A stretch of 64,000 bases of DNA from Chiloscyllium plagiosum (taxonomy: Eukaryota), in assembly GCF_004010195.1 (NCBI RefSeq), contig NC_057754.1:6688127-6752126 (forward strand). The letters run 5' to 3'. The position numbers and the translations under genes are program-made. Positions 23,451 through 35,860 of the stretch are shown here, piece after piece. A model generated the notes under the pieces. That model saw nothing but the letters and a program-made list of their open reading frames with translations. It was not told the origin of the DNA and searched no databases. How positions within the stretch are numbered: the first letter of the stretch is position 1; every line of letters starts with the position of its first letter.

Positions 23451-24709
23451 GTCAGTATGGGCGAGTTGGGCCGAAGGGTCTGTTTCCATGCTGTACAGCT
23501 CTATGACTATGGTCAGTATGGAGGAGTTGGGCCAAAGGGTCTGTTTTTGTTCTGTCATCTCTCTGACTCTATGGTCAGTATGGATGGGTTGGGCTGAAGG
23601 GTCTGTTTCCATGCTTTACGGCTCTATGACTCTATGGTCAGTATGGACGGGTTGGGCCGAAGGGTCTGTTTCTGTGCTATACATCACTCTGATTCTGTGG
23701 TTAGTATGAATGAGTTGGGCCGAAGGGTCTGTTTCCGTGCTGTACATCTCTCTGATTCTGTGGTTAGTATGAATGCGTTGGGCCGAAGGGTCTGTTTCCG
23801 TGCTGTACATCTCTCTGATTCTGTGGTTAGTATGAATGAGTTGGGCCGAAGGGTCTGTTTCAGTGCTGTACATCTCTCTGATTCTGTGGTTAGTATGAAT
23901 GAGTTGGGCCGAAGGGTCTGTTTCAGTGCTGTACATCTCTATGACTCTATGGTCAGTATGGAGGGGATGGGCCGAAGGGTCTGTTTCCGTGCAGTACGTC
24001 TCTCTGACTCTATGGTCAGTATGGAGGAGTTGGGCCGAAGGGTCTGTTTCCGTACTGTACATCTCTCTGACTCTGTGGTCAGTATGAATGAGTTGGGCCG
24101 AAGGGTCTGTTTCTGTGCTGTACATCTCTCTGACTCTGTGGTCAGTATGAATGAGTTGGGCCGAAGGGTCTGTTTCCGTACTGTACATCTCTCTGACTCT
24201 GTGGTCAGTATGAATGAGTTGGGCCGAAGGGTCTGTTTCAGTGCTGTACATCTCTCTGACTCTGTGGTCAGTATGAATGAGTTGGGCCGAAGGGTCTGTT
24301 TCCGTACTATACATCTCTCTGACTCTGTGGTCAGTATGAATGAGTTGGGCCGAAGGGTCTGTTTCCGTGCTGTACATCTCTCTGGCTCTATGGTCAGTAT
24401 GAATGAGTTGGGCCAAAGGGTCTGTTTCCGTACTGTACATCTCTCTGACTCTGTGGTCAGTATGAATGAGTTGGGCCGAAGGGTCTGTTTCAGTGCTGTA
24501 CATCTCTCTGTCTCTGTGGTCAGTATGAATGAGTTGGGCCGAAGGGTCTGTTTCTGTGCTGTACATCTCTCTGACTCTATGGTCAGTATGAATGAGTTGG
24601 GCCGAAGGGTCTGTTTCAGTGCTGTACATCTCTCTGACTCTATGGTCAGTATGAATGAGTTGGGCCGAAGGGTCTGTTTCCGTGCTGTACATCTCTCTGA
24701 CTCTGTGAC
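23386..24709 (+). repeat. 63-bp minisatellite (about 21 copies) made of the CR1 3' terminus
   Basis: Unit TGGTCAGTATGAATGAGTTGGGCCGAAGGGTCTGTTTCCGTGCTGTACATCTCTCTGACTCTG; period 63 (23701 to 23764). Confidence 0.95.
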
Positions 24710-25305
24710 ATGCAGCATTCTGATCAGCCATGATGGTATTAGAAACCAGAGCAGGAAAACTAAAATCAAGGAACAAAGGAGGAATTTCTGTCAAGTTTTA
24801 TCTTTCTGTTGCCTTCGGGCAGTATGGAGTTAAATGAAAATAAAACAGTTCTTGAAATCAGATCTCGGTTCAACAACGTTTCTGAACAGTAAGTGCTTTT
24901 AGGAGGAGCTGGCCTGTGTAGCTCAATCTGTGCGGATGTATGGGAGATTTGCACTTTGCAAAAATGTCCATCAATGCACATGTTTTCCAGTCTGATGCAG
25001 CCTTGGTCACCCTGCACCTCGGTGAATCTATTAAATTGATTTGCAGCCCTTTAAAGCCAGCTAGTTCTTGCGATGGGGGTTATTCTCCTCATAGCTGGCA
25101 CTGGATTTGTTTGAGGTGTGTAAAATTGTCAAGAAACCTGATGGAAAAGATTTGTTTTTTTTTCTGTTTCCCGAGTGGAATTACCCAGGGAACGTGGATT
25201 CAAAATGTGATGAATGCTCATGATATTATGATCAATTTGTATAATAAATACTTAGCATTTTGGGAATGTGGGCTTTTTTTTGTTTGAAAGAACAGCAGCA
25301 GATGG

Positions 25306-25688
25306 ATTTTGATTAGCGCTGAGTTTGCTTTATCTTTGGCAAAGATAAGTCAGAAAATAATTTGGAACAGTGACCCAGATACATCATTTCTCAAAAGGCA
25401 CGTGACTTCAAACATCTGCTGAGCCAATGGCGTTAATCGATGAAATGTTTACACTGCTGAGTTTACGACAGGCTGAGTGAAAAAGATCAAGGCATCAGTT
25501 TTGCTCTTGATTTGGTTTATTGCGGGGTCGCATGTACCAGAGTACAATGTAAAGTTTTGTTTTGCGAGCAGAACAAGCAGATAGAGTCCTCCAGCACAAA
25601 CATAGCCCCTTCAGCCCAAACTGGTCCATGCCCGACCAAAATGGCCGTTCACGCTAACCCCATGTCCCTGCACTTGGCCCATATCCTT
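25306..25688. repeat. Local duplicated segment, copy A
   Basis: Collinear with 27935-28318. Confidence 0.9.
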
Positions 25689-26137
25689 CACCGAGGATAT
25701 GCAGGTCATTGGACTCATCCACCGCCAAACCACAACAACCCGACGGTCGGAGGAGGAGCGTCTTATCTTCCGACTGGGAACCCTCCAACCGCAGGGGATG
25801 AACTTGGACTTCACCAGTTTCTTCATCCCCCCTCCCCCCACCTTGTCTCAGCCGGATCCCTCCAGCCCGGCACCGCCTTCCTGACCTGCAGTCTTCTTCT
25901 TGACCTCTCCGCCTCCACCCTACCCCGACCTATCACCCTCACCTTGACCTCTTTCCACCTATCACATTTCCAACGCCCCTCCTCCAAGTCCCTCCTCCCT
26001 ACCTTTTATCTTCTCCTGCTGAACACTCTCTGCTCATTCCTGAAGAAGGGCCTGTGCCCGAAACGTCGAATCTCCTGTTCCCTGGATGCTGCCTGACCTG
26101 CTGTGCTGTTCCAGCAATAAAGTTTCAACTTTGATAT
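25689..26137 (+). mobile_element. Penelope-like element 3' fragment inserted in a CR1 tail
   Basis: DMQVIGLIH...RRSEEERLIFRLGTLQPQGMNLDFTSF; same family as 13525-14192. Confidence 0.9.
26036..26071 (+). ncRNA. Minimal type-I hammerhead ribozyme motif, all helices intact
   Basis: ATTC-CTGAAGA-A-GGGC(CTGT)GCCC-GAAA-CGTC-GAAT; ATTC/GAAT helix I; predicted cleavage after C26067. Confidence 0.85.
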
Positions 26138-26712
26138 NNNNNNNNNNNNNNNNNNNNNNNNNNNNNNNNNNNNNNNNNNNNNNNNNNNNNNNNNNNNNNN
26201 NNNNNNNNNNNNNNNNNNNNNNNNNNNNNNNNNNNNNNNNNNNNNNNNNNNNNNNNNNNNNNNNNNNNNNNNNNNNNNNNNNNNNNNNNNNNNNNNNNNN
26301 NNNNNNNNNNNNNNNNNNNNNNNNNNNNNNNNNNNNNNNNNNNNNNNNNNNNNNNNNNNNNNNNNNNNNNNNNNNNNNNNNNNNNNNNNNNNNNNNNNNN
26401 NNNNNNNNNNNNNNNNNNNNNNNNNNNNNNNNNNNNNNNNNNNNNNNNNNNNNNNNNNNNNNNNNNNNNNNNNNNNNNNNNNNNNNNNNNNNNNNNNNNN
26501 NNNNNNNNNNNNNNNNNNNNNNNNNNNNNNNNNNNNNNNNNNNNNNNNNNNNNNNNNNNNNNNNNNNNNNNNNNNNNNNNNNNNNNNNNNNNNNNNNNNN
26601 NNNNNNNNNNNNNNNNNNNNNNNNNNNNNNNNNNNNNNNNNNNNNNNNNNNNNNNNNNNNNNNNNNNNNNNNNNNNNNNNNNNNNNNNNNNNNNNNNNNN
26701 NNNNNNNNNNNN

Positions 26713-27432
26713 ATCTCTCCCTATAACTCTGACCCTTGAGTCCTGCCAACATCCTTGTAAATTCCTTCCGCACTCTTTCCAGTTTAATAACATCCTTCCT
26801 ATCGCACAGGGATCAAAACTGAACACAATACTCCAAGTGCGGCCTCACCAGCGTCCTGTACAACTGTAACGTAACTTCCAAACTTCTTTCCTCAATGCCC
26901 TGACTGATGAAGGCCAGTGTACCAAAAGCCTTCCTCACTGCCCTGTCTACCTGGGACTCCACTCTCAGAGAACCGTGCACCTGAACTCCAAGGTCCCTCT
27001 GTCCCACTACACTCCTTAAGGCCCTACCATTCACCATGAAACTCCTGCCTTGATTTGACTTTCCAAAATACAACACCTCACACTTACTTATATTAAACTC
27101 CATTTGCCATTTCTCTGCCTAATTCCCCAGCTGATCAAGGTCCTGCTGCAATTTCTGAGAACCTTCCTCACTGCCCACGATCCCGTCTGTTTTAGTGTCA
27201 TCTGCAAACTTACTAATCATTCCTTGTACATTCTCATCCAAATCATTGCTATCGATAGCAAACAGCAATGGGCCCAGCACCGACCCCTGAGGCACTCCAC
27301 TAGTCACAGGCCTCGAGTCTGACAAGCATCCTCCCACTATTACTCTCTGCTACCTACCATCAAGCCAATCGTGTATCCAGTTTGCCAGCACCCCCTGGAT
27401 TCCATGCCATCTAACCTTCCAGAGCAACCTAA
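26713..27432 (-). mobile_element. CR1 ORF2 RT fragment
   Basis: VTSGVPQGSVLGPLLF...KFADDTK; LYRTLVRPHLEYCVQF. Confidence 0.95.
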
Positions 27433-27569
27433 CCTTATCAAAGATCATAACATACATGGACAATACGGATCATTGGATGCTTACACGGATCAAGGAATAC
27501 AAGATCATGGCTGCCCAAGAGACGTACAATAGTAAGATGAACCTAAGATTGAAATCTGAGAGGTCCATT

Positions 27570-28450
27570 CATGAGTCTAATGATGTCAGGGAGGAAGCTG
27601 TTCCTGAACCTGTCGGTGCGCGTGTTCTGTATCTTCTGTCTGATGGAAGAGAGGAGTACGGTGGTGGGAGGGGTCTTTGATAATGTTGGCAGCCTTTCCA
27701 ATGCAGTGAGAAATGTAAATGGATGGGAGGTTGCCTTCCGTGATGGTCTGGGCTGTGCACAAATCCCTTAGTAGTTTCTTAGGATCCTGGGCAGAGTGGT
27801 TGCTGTATCAGGCCATTACACAGCCGGACAGTATCCTTTCAGTGAAGAACCTGTAAAAGTTGGTGCGGGTTCTCATGTTCCTGAGGACCCTGAGTAAGAA
27901 GAGGGGTTGTTATGCCTTCTTGACTGTTACATCAATTTTGATTAGTGCTGAGATTCGTTTATTTTTAGCAAAGAGAAGTCAGAAAATAATTTGGAACAGT
28001 AGCCCAGGTACATCATTTCTCAGAAGGCACGTGACTTCAAATATGTGCCTAGCCAATGGCATTAATCAATGAAATGTTTGCACTGCTGAGTTTACGACAG
28101 GCTGAGTGAAAAAGATCAGGGCGTCAGTTTTGCTCTTGACTTGATTTGATTTGTTGCAGTCATATGTACCAGATTACAGTGAAAAGTTTTGTTTTGCGAG
28201 CAGTACAAGCAGATAGAATCCTCCAGCACAGAGACAGCCCCTTTGGTCAAACTGATCCATGCCGACCAAAATGGCCATCCACACTAACCCCATTTCCCTG
28301 CACTCGGCGCACATCCTTCTCAACCTTTCTTATCCATGTATTCTTGACCATTGCACACAGGGAGTCCAGGACAGATTGTCCACTCTGAGGCTATCCAGCT
28401 CAGCTCCGTCAATGTAGATGAGGGTGGGTCCTCCTTCTTTCTTCCCGATC
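27570..28450 (-). mobile_element. Degenerate Rex1/Babar-like fragment interrupted by duplicated segment B
   Basis: Homology to 20035-20465 at 27570-27930, resuming at 28341. Confidence 0.65.
27935..28340. repeat. Local duplicated segment, copy B
   Basis: Collinear with 25306-25688. Confidence 0.9.
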
Positions 28451-28848
28451 TGTTCTTTTGACTGCAGAGGAGGAGAAGTCAGTTCAGGAGAAAAAAGGTC
28501 ACATCTGCAGAAGTTGATTCTCGTCCATGGAGCGTCAGAGCCTGGAGAGTTTGTGGGGAAATGTTCCGGGCTGTTAAAACAGAGAAAATAAAGGCCATGA
28601 GAAATGCTAAAGGCACCTGGCAGCAGACTCAGGAAGGAACCATAGAAAGAAATGTATTTTGGCAGTCTGAAGGAAAGAAAGCAGAAATGTTAATACAGTC
28701 AAGAGCTAGAATAGGAGTGATTCCCTGTATCTCCCGGGATTCATTAAAAGGGTAGTGTCACAAAGGAGGGTGAAATTCTTGTTTTACTGTTTACATTAAA
28801 ATCTTTCTAAATCTTTTCATTACCCTTTGCTTTTTTCATTCTTTTGTG

Positions 28849-29005
28849 GAATAAACTTGTGTTCTATTGCTAGGGAACACCTGCAGCCTCTTGCAAATAT
28901 GTTTCTGTAACTGCGTTAACCAAGTTCAAATAAAATGCATATGATCCATCAAGACAGGTTTCACTCTGGGGTCTGAATTGTTTTGTAACCAGCTGGGATC
29001 ATAAC
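28849..29005 (+). mobile_element. LTR-like 3' end (copy 1)
   Basis: AATAAA, then GTTTCACTCTGG..TCTGA..CAGCTGGGATCATAACA ending in CA; similar to 29975-30152. Confidence 0.45.
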
Positions 29006-29034
29006 AAAATATTATTAACTCGAAACTTCGTAGA

Positions 29035-29385
29035 GTTATAGAATCCCTGCAGTGTGGAAACAGGCCATTTGGCCCAACAAGTCCACACTGACCCTCTGAA
29101 GAGTGTCCATTCCAAACCTATTTCGCTACCCTATTACTCTACATTTACCCCTGACGTATAGACTTAGCCTACACTTCCCTGAGCACTAACAGGGCAATTT
29201 AGTATGGCCAATTCACCCTAACATGCACATCCCTGGACACTATGGGACAATTTAGCATGGCCAATCCACCCTAACCTGCACATCTTTGGACTGTGGGAGG
29301 AAACTGGAGCACCCGGAGGAAACCCCACACAGACACGGGGAGAATATGCAAACTCCACACTGACAGTCGCCCGGAGCTGGAATTA
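29035..29385 (-). mobile_element. HE1/V-SINE
   Basis: Reverse complement tail, two units, V-domain. Confidence 0.85.
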
Positions 29386-29974
29386 ACTTTTATTTTAACT
29401 TGTACGTCTATAATTGTGAGTTAAGAACATAATTTTAGTTTCATTTTTTTAAAATTCTGAGAGTAGTGCGGGTTGTCCATAACATTGTGGTTGTAAATGA
29501 GCAGTTTAAAACCCTTGAGGTGAATAGTCTGGTGCATTAAAAACAAGATAGCAGAGGGAAAGAAAAATTGCTGTTGCCTAATGGCAAGAGTCCAGTGTCA
29601 GAGAAAGATAGAACCATCCAGAAGGCCAGGCAATGTGTGCAGATTCAGTGAGAGCAAGAACCATGCCATTAGTTTAGCAGCCCCCACTAAGTCAGGTCTG
29701 GGAGCAACATCCCAGAGGGCCTTAAGAGAGAAAAAAGCAGAAAACTGCAGATGGTATATGTTTGCTGTCAAAGTATTTGGAGATGGTTCAAATAAAAGAC
29801 CAATGATTCAATTACAGCTGAAAAATGAAATTCCAAGTGGCTGACTTTTCAGTGGGGTTGGAGTATCTGTCAGATCGCTGCAGGGGGTAAACATGTTGAG
29901 TCTTTATTCTTGACATTTGTAACAAGACCATTTTAAATAATGCTTGCATAAATATTGATTTATTTTCTTTTTTC

Positions 29975-30152
29975 TATAAAAAGCCTTGCTTTTTTTGTTT
30001 TTCCTTTGTTAAAGTTACATTGCCAGCCTCTTGAGAATATTGTCAATGAACGACCACAGCGTAAATGGCAAAAATAAAACATATGGTCTATCAAAACAAG
30101 TTTCACTCTGGAATCTGACTTGTCCAGAAATACCATCAGCTGGGGGCGTGAT
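29975..30152 (+). mobile_element. LTR-like 3' end (copy 2)
   Basis: CAGCCTCTTG..AATAAAA..TATGGTCTATCAAAACAAGTTTCACTCTGGAATCTGA..CAGCTGGG. Confidence 0.4.
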
Positions 30153-30357
30153 AGTGTATACAGTAAAGTTTAAAGTTGTGGGCAGGACATATTGGAGAGA
30201 TCAGGGTGGGGTGGGCAAGTTTTAACAGGATCAGAGGAGAGTTGAGGAGAAATGTAGAGTGTTGGGCAGGCTCGCCTGAAAAGACAGCTATCCTCATTCT
30301 GCTGAAAAAAGAACTTGGAAATTCATTGGTAACCGATGTATACCAGTGAGCTATATG

Positions 30358-30870
30358 GGGTGGCTCAGTGGTTAGCACTGCTGCCTCACTGCGCCAGCAA
30401 CTTGGGTTTGATCCCACCCTCGGGCAACTGTCTGTGTGGAGTTTGCACATTCTCCCCGTGTCTGCATGGGTTCCTCTAGATGCTCCGGATTCCTCCCACA
30501 ATCCAAAGATGTGCAGGTTAGGGTGATCGGCCATGCTAAATTGTCCCATAGTGTCCAGGGATGTGCAGGTTAGGGTGGATTGGCCGTGCTAAATTGCCCC
30601 ATAGTGCCCAGCGATGTGTAGGTTAGGATGGATTGGCCATGCTAACTTGCCCCATTGTGTTCCAGGGATGTGCAGGTTAGAGTGGATTGGCCGTGCTAAA
30701 TTGTCCCATCGTGTCCAGGGATGTGCAGGTTAGGGTGGATTGGCCGTGCTAAATTGTCCCATAGTGCCCAGGGATGTGCAGGTTAGGGTGGATTGGCTGT
30801 GCTAAATTGTCCCACAGTGCCCAGGGATGTGCAGGTTAGGGTGGATTGGCCATGCTAACTTGCCCTGTCG
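30358..30870 (+). mobile_element. HE1/V-SINE with about 7 x 53-bp units
   Basis: TGGCTCAGTGG A-box, V-domain, array. Confidence 0.88.
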
Positions 30871-31769
30871 TGTTTATCATTCATTTGTGGGATATGGGTG
30901 TTTTTGGATGGGCCCAGCATTTATTGTCTGTCCCTAGTTGCCCCCTGAGGAGGTCGTGCTGAGTTGCCTTCTTGAACTGCTGCAGTCCACCTACTGGGGG
31001 TTGACCCATGAGGGAGGGACCTCCAGGATTCTGATCAGAGACAGTGAAGGAACGGCCAATCAGTTTCCAACTCAGGACGCGGAGTGGTTCGGAAGGGAAC
31101 TTGCAAAGTGTTGGTGTCTGGGGATGTGCAGCCTAGGTGGACTTGCCATGGGAAACGCAGGCTTGCAAGAATAGGGTCAGAGGGAGTGTATGTCTGAGTG
31201 GGATAATTTCCAGAGGGTCGGTGTGGACTCGACGGGCTGAATGGCCTGCTTTCACACTGTAGAAATTCCAGGATCCAACTGGTGGATATGAGTTATATAT
31301 AATGGATAAACCAGCAGCAACGTGATGGGCTGAACAGTCTCTATCTGTGCAGTCGCTATCTGTGGTTCCACTGGGTAATCTTTGGAACATACCTATCCAA
31401 AACCGTTAATTGGATCGGTGTTCTCATAGTAGGAGCTATATAAAGAACAGCCCTAAATATAACTTTTCAACATAAGGTTTGGAGGTTGAATTGAGTTTTG
31501 TTCCTGATTTGTATGGCAGGTTGGCAGAGACTCGCGATGACTGGGAACACTGGTATTTATTCAATTACTCACTTACACTTTCAATAAACTCATTTGGCAT
31601 TTACGCATTTAAGCCAGAGCAGGGGTGACACAGTGTTCCTCTGAGAGTTGGAGGGTGATGGCAGCAGCACAGAAAAAAAAACTGAGAGGCCGTTCAGCCC
31701 ACGCTGAGTCCAGGTCTGCTGTTCTTCAAGCCACCCACTCGATTCCCTTCTCTCTGTCTATCCTTGCAA

Positions 31770-32300
31770 GTGGAGAGTGGTAGAGACGTACAGCATGGAT
31801 ATCTCTTTGGTCCAACTCGTCCATACTGACCATAGAGTTGTACAGCACGGAAACAGACCCTTCAGTCCAACTCGTCCATACTGATCAGATATCCCACCAC
31901 AATCTAGTCCCATTTGCCAGCACTTGGCCCACATCCCTCCAAACCCTTCCTAGTCATGTCCCCATCCAGATGCCTTTTAAATGTTGTCATTGTACCAGCC
32001 TCCACCACTTCCTCTGGCAGCTCATTCCATACACACAATACTCTCTGGGTGAAAAGGTTGTATCACAGGTCCCTTTCCCCTCTCACCCTCACCCTATGTC
32101 CTCTAGTTCTGGACTCCCCCACCCCAGGGAAAAGACCTTGGCTATTTATCCTACTCATACCCCTTATGGTTTTATAAACCTCTATAAGGTCACCTCTCAG
32201 TCTCTGACGCTCCAGGGAAAACAGCCCCAGCCTATCAAGCTCACCCTGTCGCTCCCACCTCAGCAACATCCTTGTCAATCTTTTCTGAACCCTTTCAGGT
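31770..32300 (-). mobile_element. CR1 3' fragment with duplicated terminal segment
   Basis: RLGLFSLERQRLRGDLIEVYK; GTCCAACTCGTCCATACTGA occurs twice (about 31810 and 31865). Confidence 0.9.
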
Positions 32301-33999
32301 TTTTGATTTCCAGAAACAGAAATCTCTCTCGCGAAGGTGAAACGAGCAAGGGCGGGGGAGAGGCAGGTTGGAGAAATGTCGTTCCACGCGCCCATGAGGA
32401 CACGTGCAAGAGTGCCAAATTTGGCAGGCTGGCAGAAATGTATGTTGGAGGAGGGATGGGCGGGTTTGGGGAGCGGAGGTCGCTGATTGGCCAGCCAAAG
32501 TGTGGCCCACCTGTGGGACTGTGACTCAGTATTAGGCAGAGGTCGGGCAACGCGTTGAGCTGCTAAAAAGGGGCCTTCGAGCAGGTCACGGTGGTGGGGT
32601 GGGGATGAGGGTCGCGGGAACGAACGGTTACGGCAGAGGCCACTCAGCCCCACGAATCCGTGCCAGCTGCCTGCCCAAGTGCACCCTTGCTTACCCCGTT
32701 CTGACCCACTCTGCAACTCCCCCTCATCGGGAAAATGATCCCATTCCTGCATGGAAGCTGGGATCGAACAGGCCTTGCAGCCAGGCAGCGCGTTCCTGAT
32801 CTCGCTTCCCTGGCGTTTTACCGGACACGGTTGAGTCCCACTACCTCCAGAACCCCCTCCCGCCCCCTCGGCGTTTGTGCAAGGTGTTGGCATCCTCAGG
32901 TTCCAGAGGCTCATGGAATATCCATGGCTTAGCCGACATTGTCACCCGGCCCCTCATTGTACCGCCCAACCCTGAACCCAGCCTCTCACAATTTCAGGAG
33001 GCGACCCCCCCCCACCATGGCCTGGGGGTCACATGATGGACACAACCTGTGTGCGATTTCCCTGCCCCCACCACCCTCCCTCCACTAAAGGAGCCTCGGT
33101 GATCCCAGACGGAAGCTCTGTTCTCCGGCAATTGGAGGCGGTTGCCATGGTCGCGGAGACGGCGGATGGGCTCCGACCCTTGGTTCCGTGAGTGGAATTT
33201 CTTCTCCCCTCCCCCTACCAATGGATTCGGATGAGTGGCCGTACTGTCCATCGTGCCCTAGCCCCGTAGGGTCAGGGTGGAGGGGTGGGGGGAGTGGGGA
33301 GGGAGCGAGATGTTGCCAACCACCGCCTCCCTCAGGCGGCCGGCAGTACTGCAGCACAAAGGTTGACCGTGGAATCGGGTGGAGGGGGGAGGTGGGGAGC
33401 ATCCTTGGTCCAGGGGCGTTGGGGGTCTGGGTCAACTTCCATTCCGAAGGATGCCCTCCGTGGCACAGTAGGTAAAATGGTTAGCTGGCATTCAGTGGTC
33501 TGTCGCGGGTATCGAACCCGCCCGTCTATTAGCTCCCAGGACAGGGGACTGCAAAGCCAAGAGCAGCGAGGGAAAGTCAAGCCATCTCTCTGATCACGTC
33601 TGCATTGGAGTTAACCCCTCACCTCGATCGGCTTAATCACCATTTATTCCATCTAAGCCCCTTTACCTGATATTGTGTAATCTTATCTTGTTTTTCTGAA
33701 TGTGCGCACATTAGACACGGAGGGTGCAAGTGAGAAGGATATAACGTTTTTCACCAGCACACAGGAGGCTGGAGCGGGGGGAGGGGGGGGTGACCTCACA
33801 GAGGGATATCATTTAATCCCGACAGTGCAGAAGGGGACTCAGTTCTGGTCTCCCTGCCTGCAGAAACATGTTATTCAACTTGAAAAAGGTTGGAGTTACA
33901 GGGGAGAGGCTGAGGCCTCTGGGCCATCACACCAACTCTGAGTATCACGTGTCCCCACCTGATCATCGTAACACCTTTCCAGAACATCTCTCCAGAGCA

Positions 34000-34575
34000 G
34001 GAGGAGGTCATTCAGCCCAAACCTGCACCTATGCTCTATAGAGGGTACTGCGCTATCCCAGTAACCCTGCTTTCCAGTGGCTAACCCCACCTAGCCTGCA
34101 TAATATGGAGCAATTTCCTACAGCAATTCCAGCCTAATCCCACCACATCCCTGGACACTGTGGGACAATTTAGCACGGCCAATCCACTCTAACCTGTGGA
34201 CTGTGGGAGGAAACTGGAGCACCCAGAGGAAACCCCACACAGACACAGGCAGAATGTGCAAACTCCACACCTACAGTCGCCCAAGGGTGGGATCGAACCT
34301 GGGATCCTGGTACTGTGAGGCAGCAGCACTAAGCACTGAGCCACTGTGCCGCCCTGGATAGCAGTGATATTTTCCCCAAGGGTGTGTGGAATGAGCTGCC
34401 AGAGGAAGTGGTGGACTGTGGGTACAGTTACAACATTTAAGAGACATTTGGATAAGGACATGAATAGGAAAGGGTTTGGAGGGATATGGGCCAAGGGCAG
34501 ACAGGTAGGTCTGGTTTAGTCTGGGATTATGGTTGGGTTGAAGGATCTGTTTCCTTGCTGTATGACTCTATGACA
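34000..34575. mobile_element. Antisense SINE (to about 34352) followed by a CR1 3' end (+)
   Basis: V-domain reverse complement; TGGAATGAGCTGCCAGAGGAAG...TATGACTCTATGA. Confidence 0.8.
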
Positions 34576-35259
34576 TTACAACTAGGCTCTGTGATTAGGC
34601 CATTTAGCCCTCTCCGGCCTACTCCCCCATTCAATGGCTGATCTTATCTCGGTCTCAACCCCCCATTCCTGCCCCCTGCTCACTTTCACCCATCATCGAT
34701 TAAAAATCTGTCTATCTCCTCCTGAAATGTATTGTGTCCTCCACCCCACACACTCTTGTTGGTGGGGGGTGGAGGGGTGGTGGAGGGAGTGAATTCCACA
34801 GATACACCTCGCACCCCCCCCCACCCCACATTTTTGTGGGGAGGAGTTCCATTAAAAAGCTGGAGGGTGGTGGGAGTCAGAATCTCCGAAACTCTGACGT
34901 GCTTTCTCAAAACCTCCTTGAACGTTACACGCGGAGGAGGGAGGAAAAGAAGCCAGTTATCATATCACCGTGATGATTTCCGTCACGCCCACAGCGTCCC
35001 TTCCACGAGGAACTGAATCCCCTCAGCACTTTCAGGCAGGAGGCACGATCTTAAGACCTTTTGGCCCCTCGAGACGTTCAAGAACAAAGCTCCTAAGTGT
35101 TCTGCCTCTGTCACACTCTCTGCTCAGACTGGAAAACAAGCTACATCACGCGATGGACGTGAAAGCAAGTGTCTTTAAGATTCATGCTCCAGTTTCAATC
35201 ATTGAGTCACAGACTCAGTGCAGGTACTGTCAATATTGAGGGCATGGCGTCTAAAAATT

Positions 35260-35860
35260 GGCTCATCGCATTGCAGCTGTGTAGAACTTCAGCGACATCA
35301 CTTCCTCCCCCACCACCCCATTGACCGCAGCCAGTGCTGAATATGTCCTCATTCGTAAGGCCACATTTAGAATATTGTGCACAGCTCTGTCACCCCCCAC
35401 CCACCACCACTACCAGAAGGACGTGGAGGCTTTGGAAAGAGTCCAGAAACAATTTCCCAGGCTGCTGCCTGGTTCAGAGGGTATGAACTATGAGGAGGGA
35501 TTGGATGAGCTTGGCTTGGTTTCACTTGGAGGCTGTTGTGGGGTGGGGGGGAACCTGATCAAAGTGGACAAAGTCACGATAGAATGGGTAGTGTTTCATC
35601 CCCCAGGGTAGAACAGTCAGCGACCAAGGGGACGTAGGTTGAAGGTAAAGAGGGGGTAAGTTTAAAGGAGTTGTGAGAGGCAGGTTTTTGACCACACAGG
35701 GTGGTGAGTGCCTGGAATGTGCCACTGGAGGAGATGGTGGGGTTTGACCCAAGAGGCACTTTGGCCGACAACTGAATAAGCAGGGAATAGAGGGATATGG
35801 AACACACAGAGACGAAAGGGGTTTTGTTTAGAAAGGCATCAAGCTGAAGGGTCTGCTGAA
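35260..35860 (+). mobile_element. Degenerate CR1 fragment
   Basis: YQKDVEALERVQKQFPRLLPG..GMNYEEGLDELGL. Confidence 0.8.

Noticed and set aside
23616..24833. 392-aa and 399-aa ORFs on both strands
   Set aside because: Read-through of a 63-bp repeat derived from the CR1 3' UTR
32300..33600. GC-rich stretch as CpG-island promoter or gene
   Set aside because: Overlapping low-complexity ORFs with no homology; could be decayed repeats; cannot be supported
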